The notes beneath the pieces were generated by a model. It was not told the origin of the DNA. It ran no database searches and worked only from the letters and a program-made list of their open reading frames with translations. From IMG/VR virus record IMGVR_UViG_3300002834_000024, positions 64,001 to 128,000 of that record: DNA of 64,000 bases. The stretch is one strand, 5' to 3'. Below are positions 1 through 9,826 of the stretch, piece by piece. Within the stretch, counting starts at the first letter, position 1. Every line of letters starts with the position of its first letter. The stretch is from a virus (lineage: Duplodnaviria; Heunggongvirae; Uroviricota; Caudoviricetes). The position numbers and the translations under genes were made by a program.

Positions 1-879
1 GACTTAACAAAACCAACTGTTGATCAAGGTTTGACAATTGACGGTTATATTGGTATTGATCCATTAACTGTTATTGATAATGCTGCTTTCTTGGTAACTT
101 GGGCGCAATATGATAGTCTTGAACTTGAAACTGAAATCGCAGAGGTTTCTTTCAAAATTGAAGGTGTTACAATCGCTGTTGAATCAAGAAAATTACGTGC
201 AACATGGTCTCCTGAATTAGCACAGGATGTTGCTGCTTTCCATAATATTGATGCCGAAGCAGAATTAACCGCTTTATTATCAGAGCAAGTAGCAGCTGAA
301 TTGGATCGTGAAATTCTTCGTGATTTAAGACACGCATCAGCTTGGCAATTACGTTGGGATGTGAATGGTTGGAGACGTATGGCTTCATTCTCTACCAACT
401 ATACCCAAAAAGACTGGAATCAAGAATTGATTACTTGTATTAACAAAATCAGTGCGCAAATCCATAAAGCTACATTGATGGGTGGAGCTAACTTTATCGT
501 TGTTTCCCCAGAGGTTTCGGCTGTATTTGATAACCTTGAATATTTCCACGCTACAAATGCCGCTCCAGAAGAAGATCAATACTCATTAGGTATTGAAAAA
601 ATTGGAACATTACAAGGACGTTACCAAACCTATCGTGATCCATATAGCCCTCACTGGTCTGTATTGATTGGTCATAAAGGAAAATCTATGTTGGACACTG
701 GCTACATCTACGCACCTTATGTACCATTACAATTAACTCCGACTATCTATAATCAATTTAACTTTGCGCCTGTTAAGGGAATTATGACAAGGTATGCCAA
801 AAAAGTTGTTAATAACAAATTTTACGGACAAGTTAGAGTAGACGGTTTAACTGTATGGAATGTAAATGAGTTCAGATAA
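1..879 (+). CDS. gp23: Major capsid protein, T4 gp23-like (C-terminal part; frame is open from position 1)
   Basis: Motifs SRKLRATWSPELAQD, IDAEAELTALLSEQVAAELDREI, GYIYAPYVPLQ and GIMTRYA are hallmark gp23-family segments. Confidence 0.96.
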   Translation, partial: DLTKPTVDQGLTIDGYIGIDPLTVIDNAAFLVTWAQYDSLELETEIAEVSFKIEGVTIAVESRKLRATWSPELAQDVAAFHNIDAEAELTALLSEQVAAELDREILRDLRHASAWQLRWDVNGWRRMASFSTNYTQKDWNQELITCINKISAQIHKATLMGGANFIVVSPEVSAVFDNLEYFHATNAAPEEDQYSLGIEKIGTLQGRYQTYRDPYSPHWSVLIGHKGKSMLDTGYIYAPYVPLQLTPTIYNQFNFAPVKGIMTRYAKKVVNNKFYGQVRVDGLTVWNVNEFR

Positions 880-900
880 TCAATAGATTATTTATAAATT

Positions 901-936
901 AAAAAACCCAAGTCAATTAAATGGCTTGGGTTTTTT
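901..936. terminator. Bidirectional intrinsic terminator between the convergent capsid and portal genes
   Basis: aaaaaacccaagtca-attaaa-tggcttgggtttttt stem-loop with A/T tracts on both sides. Confidence 0.85.
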
Positions 937-957
937 GTTTTCATAAGATGTTAATTT

Positions 958-2907
958 TTATTCAACTGGTACTTCTTCTGTTTGTTTATCAATCCAATCT
1001 TCAATAGTAGACATCATTTTTTCATATTCTTCATTAATTAATGATTTTCCTGAATATGTTGGAACAGTTTGTGTAAGTTTATTTTCAATTTTTTCAAGTA
1101 TTAATTTACCCTTTTGATTTTTACTTTCACCCATTGGTGCTGCTTCGGTTTCTCCTCCAGCTTCGGTTTCAGCACCTTCACCACCAACATCAGCACCTTC
1201 CATTCCACCGCCAAAATCATCCATTCCCATATCACCACCACCGAAGCCTCCTCCGCCACCAGATCCACCACCTGATGCTTGACCAATATCAGTAACAGTA
1301 TAATCATATTGAGCATTTGGATCACCATATATTAAATCAACTTTATCAAACATTCCTGTTCTTTTGATAATTTGTTGGGTTAATATTAATTCTTGTGAAA
1401 TAACTTTTTCTAATCTTAAATCAGATAATATTTCATCAATTTCTTGGTCAGAAAATTTCATTATATCTTTAAGTGCCTTTTTCCATGAGTAAATTGGTAA
1501 ACCATCATCAGTAGCTGCTGATACTGCATCTTTAACAGCCAATACTTTCTTCTGTAATTCTTCCACACGCATTATCTCGGCTTGTGTGGAAGGATTGTTC
1601 ATTGTGATAGTAAAGTTGTTTAGGTCATCTTTAAAACCTAATAAAAAGAGATGAATAATAGCAATATTATTTAACTCCATTATAGCACATTGTTGAACCC
1701 TATTGATTAATTTTGAAAATCTAATATCAACTAATGACAAATTACGACCTTCGGCTGGGGATGCTTCAAAGTTTAAAAATACTTTGGGTACTCCAAGTGC
1801 TGTTAGCATTTGTAGATGCACATATTCCAACATTTCTTTTAATTTATCCAAATTATTTCCGCTAGCTAATGTTTCAATTTTTGTACCATCTTTTTGACCA
1901 CGTATTGGAATGAATATATCATCAACTGCTGATAAAATATTTTTTGATAAATCTAATTGTCCAGTTTGTGGATCAACTCTTAATGTACGTTTAAAATTAT
2001 TTGCAATATCTTGAATGAAAGCTGGTACATCCGCTGCATCAATTAATCCAACATCAATTTTATAAACAAATCTTTCAAATGCTTTTTCTAAAATATAAAT
2101 TAACATAGCATCTTCCATCATAGTTAATCGTCTCCATTGTTGTCTTGCACCTGCAAGCCATGAACAACCATAGGGTATTGCTATTGTATCATTTAGTAAT
2201 CGGAAATGTGCCATTTGCCATCTCAAATATTTTTGTGAACCAGCAGCTCCAGTCCATTCAAAATATGGGCTTAAATCATCCCCTTTATTTGTACTTTGTC
2301 CTACAACACCATAAGGATATTGATTATTAAATCTTTTGATTTCAACAACTGGCATTTGTTTCCACCCTAATATACCATTTTTTGATGTAACATTAAGTAA
2401 TCTGTAATCATTACCATATTTACACATTGTTCTAATAAGAGGTAATAATTCTAAATGAATTTGCAATCTGTTAACAAATAAATCTTCCAATATTGATTTA
2501 ATTCTTGGTGATGTTGAAAAAATATTTAATAAACTCCCATCTGGCCCAATTGTACATGCTTCATTCGACACAATGTTAAGTGCCTGATATATTTCAGGTC
2601 TTTGTGACATTAATTCAACATCTCTATACATTAAATCAACGAAATTCATATTTCTTGTTTCGTTGATATTAGTTCTCATATTTGAGTTAAACCATTTTCT
2701 ACTTAACCATTTATCTTGTTTAAGTTGAAGTTTTGCATTATCATATTCATTCTTATCTGTTGTTTTTAACAGAATATTAGAATCATAGTTATAAACATTT
2801 GGCGATTGGTTAGATTTTATGTTAGTTGTATATGTACCATTACTCCAACCATTTAATGTTTTATCTAATGATTGGAATATTGTCCATGTGTTTTTATTAG
2901 CTGCCAT
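958..2907 (-). CDS. gp20: Portal protein, T4 gp20-like
   Basis: YGNDY, MAHFRL, PYGCSWL, MEDAMLIY...ERFVYKIDVG, DDIFIP, LTALGVPKVFL and DIRFSKLINRVQ motifs; Gly/acidic C-terminal tail. Confidence 0.93.
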   Translation of the reverse strand: MAANKNTWTIFQSLDKTLNGWSNGTYTTNIKSNQSPNVYNYDSNILLKTTDKNEYDNAKLQLKQDKWLSRKWFNSNMRTNINETRNMNFVDLMYRDVELMSQRPEIYQALNIVSNEACTIGPDGSLLNIFSTSPRIKSILEDLFVNRLQIHLELLPLIRTMCKYGNDYRLLNVTSKNGILGWKQMPVVEIKRFNNQYPYGVVGQSTNKGDDLSPYFEWTGAAGSQKYLRWQMAHFRLLNDTIAIPYGCSWLAGARQQWRRLTMMEDAMLIYILEKAFERFVYKIDVGLIDAADVPAFIQDIANNFKRTLRVDPQTGQLDLSKNILSAVDDIFIPIRGQKDGTKIETLASGNNLDKLKEMLEYVHLQMLTALGVPKVFLNFEASPAEGRNLSLVDIRFSKLINRVQQCAIMELNNIAIIHLFLLGFKDDLNNFTITMNNPSTQAEIMRVEELQKKVLAVKDAVSAATDDGLPIYSWKKALKDIMKFSDQEIDEILSDLRLEKVISQELILTQQIIKRTGMFDKVDLIYGDPNAQYDYTVTDIGQASGGGSGGGGGFGGGDMGMDDFGGGMEGADVGGEGAETEAGGETEAAPMGESKNQKGKLILEKIENKLTQTVPTYSGKSLINEEYEKMMSTIEDWIDKQTEEVPVE

Positions 2908-2928
2908 ATTTGATGATATTTATCTTAG

Positions 2929-2937
2929 TATAAATAT
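2929..2937 (-). promoter_or_regulatory. Putative late promoter (ATATTTATA on the sense strand) upstream of portal
   Basis: Same motif recurs 16-36 nt upstream of several structural genes. Confidence 0.45.
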
Positions 2938-3020
2938 GTAGAATGGATAAAATAAATCAATAATTAAAATCCTTACACTATTTATATGAGGTTAATAGTA
3001 TGTAATGTAATTTTATCATA

Positions 3021-3029
3021 CTATTTATA
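3021..3029 (+). promoter_or_regulatory. Putative late promoter CTATTTATA upstream of the tail sheath (second copy at 2978-2986)
   Basis: Recurrent motif; further copies at 10417, 14224, 33188, 46551 and 49155. Confidence 0.5.
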
Positions 3030-3064
3030 TAAAAGAAATAAATTTAATAATTAAACATAAGATT

Positions 3065-6000
3065 ATGGCATTAACTAATGTAAAGGGACTTCATGTAGCA
3101 CCTGGAATATATCAAAAGGAAACAGAGATCATGCCAGCCAATTCAAGAACAAGTATTACAACACTTGGTCTTGTTGGGGAAACATTAAAAGGTCCTGCTT
3201 TCGCACCGATTTATATACAAAATTGGAGGGATTATGAGGCAACATTTGGTGGTACTTCAACTGAATTATACAAAGGTTCAAAATACCCTCGATATGAACT
3301 TCCTTATATAGCAAGAGATTATTTGGCTGAAAGTAATCAACTAATTGTAACTAGAGTTCTTGGACTTTCTGGTTATCACGCAGGTAAAGCATGGCTTATT
3401 AAAGCTATTGGTAGTGGAAAAGGTGAAAATATGTTAGTTGGTGTTCTTCGTTCAAGAGGACACTATGTAAAAACATTTGGTTCACCACAATTTTCAGATC
3501 AGCCAGTCAAAAGTGGGGATATTGAAAAATATGTACAATACATTGTAGGTAGAGTTGATCAGACAGCAAACAATCCAATTCCAAACAGTGACAGAATTAC
3601 TTATGATGGTAAAAATTATACATTTGGGACAAAATTCTTTGGTACTGACAAACCAACTTACTCGGTAACAGGTAGTAACTTGATTGTATATGGTTATTGT
3701 GGTACAAAATACGAATATGATAAACTTTTGTGGGATGCCGAAGAAGTTTTCATTGGTCCATCAGGACAACCATCAACTAAGTTTACATGCGGTAAATCAG
3801 GTGTTTGGCAAAATGCTCAATTTACAGGAATACCAAGTACACCATCCGATTTGGGTACTTTCAAATTAATTATCAAATTACGTGAAACTGGTGAATATGT
3901 AGAATATACTGTATCATTAAATCCAGGTCAAAAAAATTATATATATAATGTATTAGGCGGAAGAGCTGATGAAGGTAATGCACCTATTTGGGTTGAAGAA
4001 TTGTATGACATTGCTTTCCAACAATTAGTGTATAAAAATGGGGTTGATCCAAAAGATTACATTGAAGGAATTTTATTAAATAGTAGTAATGGTTCTATTG
4101 ACCAAATAGTTGTTACTAATGGTGGTTCTGGATATACAAGACCAATCATAACAATTACCGATCCGAATGGTGTTGCTGCAACTGCTTTTGCAACTATTAA
4201 TCCAGGTGGTGAAATTGATAGTATTGATATTATCAGTGGTGGTATTGGATACACACATCCAACTGTTGTATTTACTGATCCGTATGGTATTGGAGCTGCT
4301 GCAACCGCAACAACAGATATTAATGGTGTAATTGTTGCAATCAATATGTTGACACCAGGTTCTGGATATACAAATCCAACAGTAACCATTGTTGATGAAC
4401 ATATTAGTATGGTAACAGTTGTAAATGGTGGTTCTGGATATACAAGACCAACTGTTATGATAAGTGATCCAACTGGTTCTGGTGCTGCTGTTGAAGCCGT
4501 TATTGATGGTTTAGCTGGTACAATATCTGAAATTACAGTTGCAACACCAGGTTCTGGATATACACATCCTGCTGTAACAATTACTGATGGTGGAACAGGA
4601 ACAGGCGCAATTGCAACTGCTGTATTAGGAGCTCCGATTGCTTCAATTAATGTAATTAGACGTGGTTTAGGATATACAACTGGTAATACAGATGTGGTTA
4701 TTACAGATGAAACAGGAACAGGTGCAATTGCTGTTGCCGTTCTTGGTAATCCTATTCAATCCTTATCATTGCCTGTAGGAACTGGATTTACAAATCCAAC
4801 AATATCATTCTCTGACCCAAGTGGTGGTGGAAATGGTGCAATAGCGACTGCTGTTGTTGTAGCTGGTGTTGTTACATCAATAAATGTTTCAAGACCAGGT
4901 AATGGTTATTCATCAACCGCAGTGGCAACAATTTCTGATCCAGTTGCTCCTTCAGAAACATTAACTATAACATTTGATACAAGTATTACACAAATATCAT
5001 CAATTGATGTTACAAATGGTGGTACTGGTTATATAAATCCTGTTATCAGAATTGTTGATAATGGATTCCCCCCAACAGTAAGTCAAGATGCTGTTGTTTC
5101 TTCGACATTAGGTGTTGCTGATGTGGTTGCTAAAATAGTTGTAAATAATCCTGGTGCAAATTATACATCACCAACTGTAACTATTACAGATGCAGGTGTA
5201 GGTACAGGTGCAACAGCGAGTGCAACAGTAGCAACTGGTACAATTACAGCAATTAATGTTGTTAATAATGGTGGGGTTGGTTATACAAATCCAACTGTTA
5301 TGATACAAGACCTTACAGGAAGTGGCGCAATAGCAACCGCAATGATTGAAGGTACAGGTGCAACAGCAAGTGCAACAGCAAAACCAACAGGTGTAATTAC
5401 TGCTATCACAGTATCTAATAAGGGAGCTGGTTATACAAATCCAGTAATTGATATTACTGACGAACCTGTTATTACACATATTGATGTTGTAACCGCTGGA
5501 TTTGGATACGTTTCACCAACAGTTGCAATATCTGATCCAACAGGAACGGGTGCGACAGCAATAGCACAAATAGATGGTGCTGGTAGAATTATTGGTATTA
5601 CAGTAGGAAATCCAGGTACAAATTATACAAATCCAACTGTTGTTATTCAAGACCAATTTGGTACAGGTGCAACTGCAATAGCAAATGTTGCTGGTGGTAC
5701 AGGTGCGACTGCCTATGCTAATATTGACATGAAACAAATTCGTGTTATAGATGGGGGAACTGGTTATCCAACAATTCGTATTACTGACAGTGCTGTCCCA
5801 GCAACTGGATATGGTGCAATTGCAATATTACAAATGGACGAAAATGGTATTTTACCAAACGCTATAATTACTAATGGCGGAACTGGATATACTTCCCCAG
5901 TGGCAACAATTCAAAGTATGGTCGGTTCAGGTGCAACTGCAACTGTAACAATGGACGGTGCTGGTGTTATCACAGGTATTACAATCAATGGTGGTTCAAC

Positions 6001-8563
6001 AGCAAATGGATATAGTAGAGTAACAATAAATGATTCTACTGGTGCGGGTGCAACAGCAATTGCTACAATAGATGCAAGTGGTGCAATCAACTCAATTGAA
6101 GTTACAAACAGTGGAAGTGGATATACAAGTCCTGTTGTTGCTTTCGGTGTTAATTCAACAGCTAAAGCTGAATTTTTGTACAATGGATTAACAGAACAAG
6201 GTGAATTTGAGGTTATTATTTCTAAATTTAGACCAGTTTTTAGTATATTGGAATTACCAAATCAAGCATTGTTAAGAAGTAACTTGAATGAAAGATACTT
6301 ATATTCATATAATGAATCAATCCAAACAGACTATATTGAAGAAATTGTTACAATTGTAACAGCTCCAAGATACCAAAAAACAACAACAAAGATTGGAAAA
6401 ACATTAGGACCAGACGATGATGGTAAAATATTAGTAGTTAAAGAAGATGTAGATAACAGTGGTAGAAAAACTTATAACTATCATTACATTATTACATCAA
6501 CAAGTAATGGTGTTACAACTGATGTTGAAGAAGAAAGATTATTAAACAAAGGATTTGTTGGCGGATTTTCACCAAAATATGTTTTCGTAAATAATCAAAA
6601 TTTATTCTATGAGATTGAAACATTTGTACCAACTGCTGAATACCCATTTAATCATATAGTTCAACGTGTTGTTGGTGATATGAGTGATTATAAAGAACAA
6701 TTTAGATTTGCTTCAACACCATGGATTGTATCAGAAATGATTGGTACATTTGCAAATAATGAAGTAAAACGTTTGTTCAGATTCCATACAATAAGTGATG
6801 GTGACACTGCTAATACTTTATTTAAGGTTTCTATCATCAATATTGATCCAGCAAACTTAACATTTGATGTTGTTATCCGTAACTTCTATGATTCAGATGC
6901 AAGTATAACAGTAATGGAACAATTTAGAAGATGTAATCTTAATCCATCATCCCCAAATTATATTTTAAATAGAATTGGCGACTTCTATAATTCAACAGCA
7001 CAAACATCAAGATATGTAACAGTTGAAGTTGCTGATGACGAAACAATTAGACATAGAGTACCTTGCGGATTTTTAGGAATACCTGTTCGTGATTTAGGTA
7101 TTGGTTTTAACAAACCCCAATTAGCCTATAACACAGCTGTTTATCCTGAAATAAAAGAAAGAAGACAATATTTTGGATATTCTGATATTTTAGGAATTGA
7201 TACAGATTGTTTAAGTTATAAAGGTAGAACAACTTATACAGATGGTCTATATACAGATGGTTTCCATTTGGATAGTAGAGTAAATGATTGTACAACAGTT
7301 GTAGATGGCGAAAATCCAGGCGTTAATTGTACTTCAATTGACCCAGACCAATATGTAAAAGGTGTTTATACATGGCAAACCCCATCTGTTGATACACTTG
7401 GATTTGGTGGTGAATCTCCACAAATAACCAGTGCTGAAGATGTTGTTGGTACTATATATGAAAATGGGCAAATGCGTAAATTTACTGTAGCGTTCTATGG
7501 CGGATTTGATGCTTGGGATCCATATCGTGCATCTCGTACAACACAAGATGATTTTAAAGCAAGTCGTTATAAAGGTAAAATAAACTCAAATACAGGCGAA
7601 GGAGAACACTTTGATGTTGTAAGAGATGATGTATGGGGATTTGGACAAACAGCCATTACAAGCGATTTCTATGCGTTCTGGGCTGGCTATTTAACTATGG
7701 CTAATCCATCTGAAACTCCGATTAATGTATTTGCTTCTCCAGGTATTGACTATATCAATGATACATTACTTGCAAAAGAAGCTATTGAAATCATTGAAAC
7801 TGATATTAATCAACGTGCAATATACATTATAACAACACCTGATAAACCATTTGGTGCTGATGATATGGTAAGTTCGATGTTTACATCTGATGATGTTGTT
7901 GCCAATTTAGATGCTGTTGAAATTGATAGTAGTTATACAGCAACATATTATCCATGGATGAGATATTGGGATCAAAATGAACAAAAAACCATTTTCTTAC
8001 CTGCAACAAGAGATATTGTTCGTTCAATTGCACAAATAGATAATACAAGTTACGCATGGTATGCACCAGCTGGTGATAGTCGTGGTAGAGTTAATTGTTT
8101 ATCAGCAAGAACTAACTTGAAGGTGTATGATGAAGATACATTATATGCTGGTAGAATCAATCCAGTTAAAACGTTTGCTCGTGATGGAGTATATGCTTGG
8201 GGACAGAAAAATATGAAAATATCATATTACCAAGACAGAGAGGCTTTAACAAGAATTGGAGTAAGACGTATGATGATAAGAATTAAAGATTTGGTTGCAA
8301 GAGCAAACAGAAACTTAATTTTTACACCAAATGATGCAACAACAAAAAACAAATTCATTTCAAATACATCTGCAATATTGAACGATGTTAGAAGTAACAG
8401 GGGTATTACGGATTATAGAATAGAAGTTGATGATAGTATTGAAGCAAGAGAAGCAAGAACACTTCCTGCAAAAATATGGATTAAACCAATTAACTTACTT
8501 GAATATATTGAAATCGAATGGGTTATTACACCAGAAGGTGTTGAACTTTCAAGTTTGACTTAA
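3065..8563 (+). CDS. gp18: Tail sheath protein, T4 gp18-like, with a large internal repeat insertion
   Basis: N-terminal APGIYQKETE...LGLVGETLKGPAF; C-terminal ATYYPW, WYAPAG..RG, GRINPV, WGQK, RIGVRRMM and IKPINLLEYIEIEW are typical of sheath proteins. Confidence 0.95.
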   Translation: MALTNVKGLHVAPGIYQKETEIMPANSRTSITTLGLVGETLKGPAFAPIYIQNWRDYEATFGGTSTELYKGSKYPRYELPYIARDYLAESNQLIVTRVLGLSGYHAGKAWLIKAIGSGKGENMLVGVLRSRGHYVKTFGSPQFSDQPVKSGDIEKYVQYIVGRVDQTANNPIPNSDRITYDGKNYTFGTKFFGTDKPTYSVTGSNLIVYGYCGTKYEYDKLLWDAEEVFIGPSGQPSTKFTCGKSGVWQNAQFTGIPSTPSDLGTFKLIIKLRETGEYVEYTVSLNPGQKNYIYNVLGGRADEGNAPIWVEELYDIAFQQLVYKNGVDPKDYIEGILLNSSNGSIDQIVVTNGGSGYTRPIITITDPNGVAATAFATINPGGEIDSIDIISGGIGYTHPTVVFTDPYGIGAAATATTDINGVIVAINMLTPGSGYTNPTVTIVDEHISMVTVVNGGSGYTRPTVMISDPTGSGAAVEAVIDGLAGTISEITVATPGSGYTHPAVTITDGGTGTGAIATAVLGAPIASINVIRRGLGYTTGNTDVVITDETGTGAIAVAVLGNPIQSLSLPVGTGFTNPTISFSDPSGGGNGAIATAVVVAGVVTSINVSRPGNGYSSTAVATISDPVAPSETLTITFDTSITQISSIDVTNGGTGYINPVIRIVDNGFPPTVSQDAVVSSTLGVADVVAKIVVNNPGANYTSPTVTITDAGVGTGATASATVATGTITAINVVNNGGVGYTNPTVMIQDLTGSGAIATAMIEGTGATASATAKPTGVITAITVSNKGAGYTNPVIDITDEPVITHIDVVTAGFGYVSPTVAISDPTGTGATAIAQIDGAGRIIGITVGNPGTNYTNPTVVIQDQFGTGATAIANVAGGTGATAYANIDMKQIRVIDGGTGYPTIRITDSAVPATGYGAIAILQMDENGILPNAIITNGGTGYTSPVATIQSMVGSGATATVTMDGAGVITGITINGGSTANGYSRVTINDSTGAGATAIATIDASGAINSIEVTNSGSGYTSPVVAFGVNSTAKAEFLYNGLTEQGEFEVIISKFRPVFSILELPNQALLRSNLNERYLYSYNESIQTDYIEEIVTIVTAPRYQKTTTKIGKTLGPDDDGKILVVKEDVDNSGRKTYNYHYIITSTSNGVTTDVEEERLLNKGFVGGFSPKYVFVNNQNLFYEIETFVPTAEYPFNHIVQRVVGDMSDYKEQFRFASTPWIVSEMIGTFANNEVKRLFRFHTISDGDTANTLFKVSIINIDPANLTFDVVIRNFYDSDASITVMEQFRRCNLNPSSPNYILNRIGDFYNSTAQTSRYVTVEVADDETIRHRVPCGFLGIPVRDLGIGFNKPQLAYNTAVYPEIKERRQYFGYSDILGIDTDCLSYKGRTTYTDGLYTDGFHLDSRVNDCTTVVDGENPGVNCTSIDPDQYVKGVYTWQTPSVDTLGFGGESPQITSAEDVVGTIYENGQMRKFTVAFYGGFDAWDPYRASRTTQDDFKASRYKGKINSNTGEGEHFDVVRDDVWGFGQTAITSDFYAFWAGYLTMANPSETPINVFASPGIDYINDTLLAKEAIEIIETDINQRAIYIITTPDKPFGADDMVSSMFTSDDVVANLDAVEIDSSYTATYYPWMRYWDQNEQKTIFLPATRDIVRSIAQIDNTSYAWYAPAGDSRGRVNCLSARTNLKVYDEDTLYAGRINPVKTFARDGVYAWGQKNMKISYYQDREALTRIGVRRMMIRIKDLVARANRNLIFTPNDATTKNKFISNTSAILNDVRSNRGITDYRIEVDDSIEAREARTLPAKIWIKPINLLEYIEIEWVITPEGVELSSLT
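4097..6147 (+). repeat. About 18 copies of a ~35-40 aa repeat (I..I.V.NGG.GYT.P.V.I.DP.G.GA.A.A) within the sheath
   Basis: I counted 18 G-[YF]/N-Y cores; ggtggttctggatatacaagacca is identical at 4121 and 4427. Confidence 0.92.
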
Positions 8564-8581
8564 TCACAACTTGACATAATG

Positions 8582-8618
8582 AAAAAATGGGTGAATTTTT
8601 AACGTTCACCCATTTTTT
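8582..8618. terminator. Bidirectional intrinsic terminator
   Basis: Perfect aaaaaatgggtgaa / ttcacccatttttt stem between convergent genes. Confidence 0.88.
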
Positions 8619-8624
8619 TTTATG

Positions 8625-9785
8625 TTATTCACTTTCCATTATTACTAATCTATTCCATTCATTTACAATATATGGTTGAAGTTCATCACCATACCAACTA
8701 ATACTAATTTTATCTTTTGATACACCATATTTTTCATTTAATATTTTAGCAACAGCTCTTGCTCGTTTTTCTGACAAAGTATAATTATATTTAGGATTAC
8801 CTGTTTCTCTATCCGCATAACCAGTAATTTTAATTGGTACATTATTTTGTATAGCAAATTTAGCCATATCAAATATATTAGTCATCTGATTTGCATCAAT
8901 TATCGAACTATTTAATTTGAATACAACAATTTTGTAAATCATTTCCCTTTCTATATTATTCACAATTGCACTGTTTTCTGGACATTCGGGACAATATTTT
9001 GGTCTTTTACTTAATTCATCATTTTGACTACGAAGATTATTAATCTCATTATTCAAATCATTTAACAAATAATAATCCATTGATTCAATAACTTGAAAAT
9101 TTGTTTTACCTAATTTAAAATTCAAACCAAACATTGCAGATATTAGTCTATCTTCTTCATGGTGCATATCAACCCGATTAAATTGTTCATTTAACATTGT
9201 ATATTGACCTTCAAGATATAAATCAACACGTTCACTTAATCGAATTGGTATTAATAACCCCATATTCAATGTTGGGGATTCTGACCTTTTTATTTTTCGA
9301 TCACCAAATACTTTTTCTGGCCTATGTGCATATCCACCACCGACAAAAGGTATAATTCGCATTATTCTACGTTCATCATATCTACCAAGACAATTTGTAA
9401 TATCAAACATGAAGTCTAAATGTACATTTCCATATGTCAATTGTCTTATACTTAAATTCTTTTCTAAATCGTATTCAAAATTTTTAAATACACCAGCATC
9501 ATATTTTAAACGATTTGCAATATATGGATTAAACCATTTTCCGAAAGACACACTACCTAATGAACCAAGACGATCTTCAAACGCAGCATCACCATTAAAA
9601 TCTCCAAGATAAATATTTCCACCAAAACCAACAGATAGAAATGTATTATCAAATACTCTGTTTTTAACAAAACTGTTTCGATAACCAGATCCAATACTTA
9701 ATCCACTAAATGGTGCATACTCCTGTGCCGACATATTCATAAAAACGACACTACATAACAATAATAATAAAACTCTAAATTTCAT
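8625..9785 (-). CDS. OmpA-family outer membrane protein (signal peptide, beta-barrel, CPECP linker, OmpA C-terminal peptidoglycan-binding domain), Bacteroidales type
   Basis: Signal peptide; GSVSFGKWFNPY..RL; CPECPE; ITGYADRETG...YNYTLSEKRARAVA...WNR. Confidence 0.9.
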   Translation of the reverse strand: MKFRVLLLLLCSVVFMNMSAQEYAPFSGLSIGSGYRNSFVKNRVFDNTFLSVGFGGNIYLGDFNGDAAFEDRLGSLGSVSFGKWFNPYIANRLKYDAGVFKNFEYDLEKNLSIRQLTYGNVHLDFMFDITNCLGRYDERRIMRIIPFVGGGYAHRPEKVFGDRKIKRSESPTLNMGLLIPIRLSERVDLYLEGQYTMLNEQFNRVDMHHEEDRLISAMFGLNFKLGKTNFQVIESMDYYLLNDLNNEINNLRSQNDELSKRPKYCPECPENSAIVNNIEREMIYKIVVFKLNSSIIDANQMTNIFDMAKFAIQNNVPIKITGYADRETGNPKYNYTLSEKRARAVAKILNEKYGVSKDKISISWYGDELQPYIVNEWNRLVIMESE

Positions 9786-9826
9786 AATAATTAAATTTTA
9801 AATGATTTGCGATAAATATAATAGTT

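Noticed and set aside
944-955. Partial TTAACATC match near the portal stop
   Set aside because: No CAG core and no TAnnTTTG 25 nt downstream; it points into a terminator
4057-6183. Minus-strand ORFs with repetitive Cys/Ile-rich translations inside the sheath
   Set aside because: Antisense shadows of the repeat region; the many other short nested or antisense ORFs in the track were dismissed for the same reason
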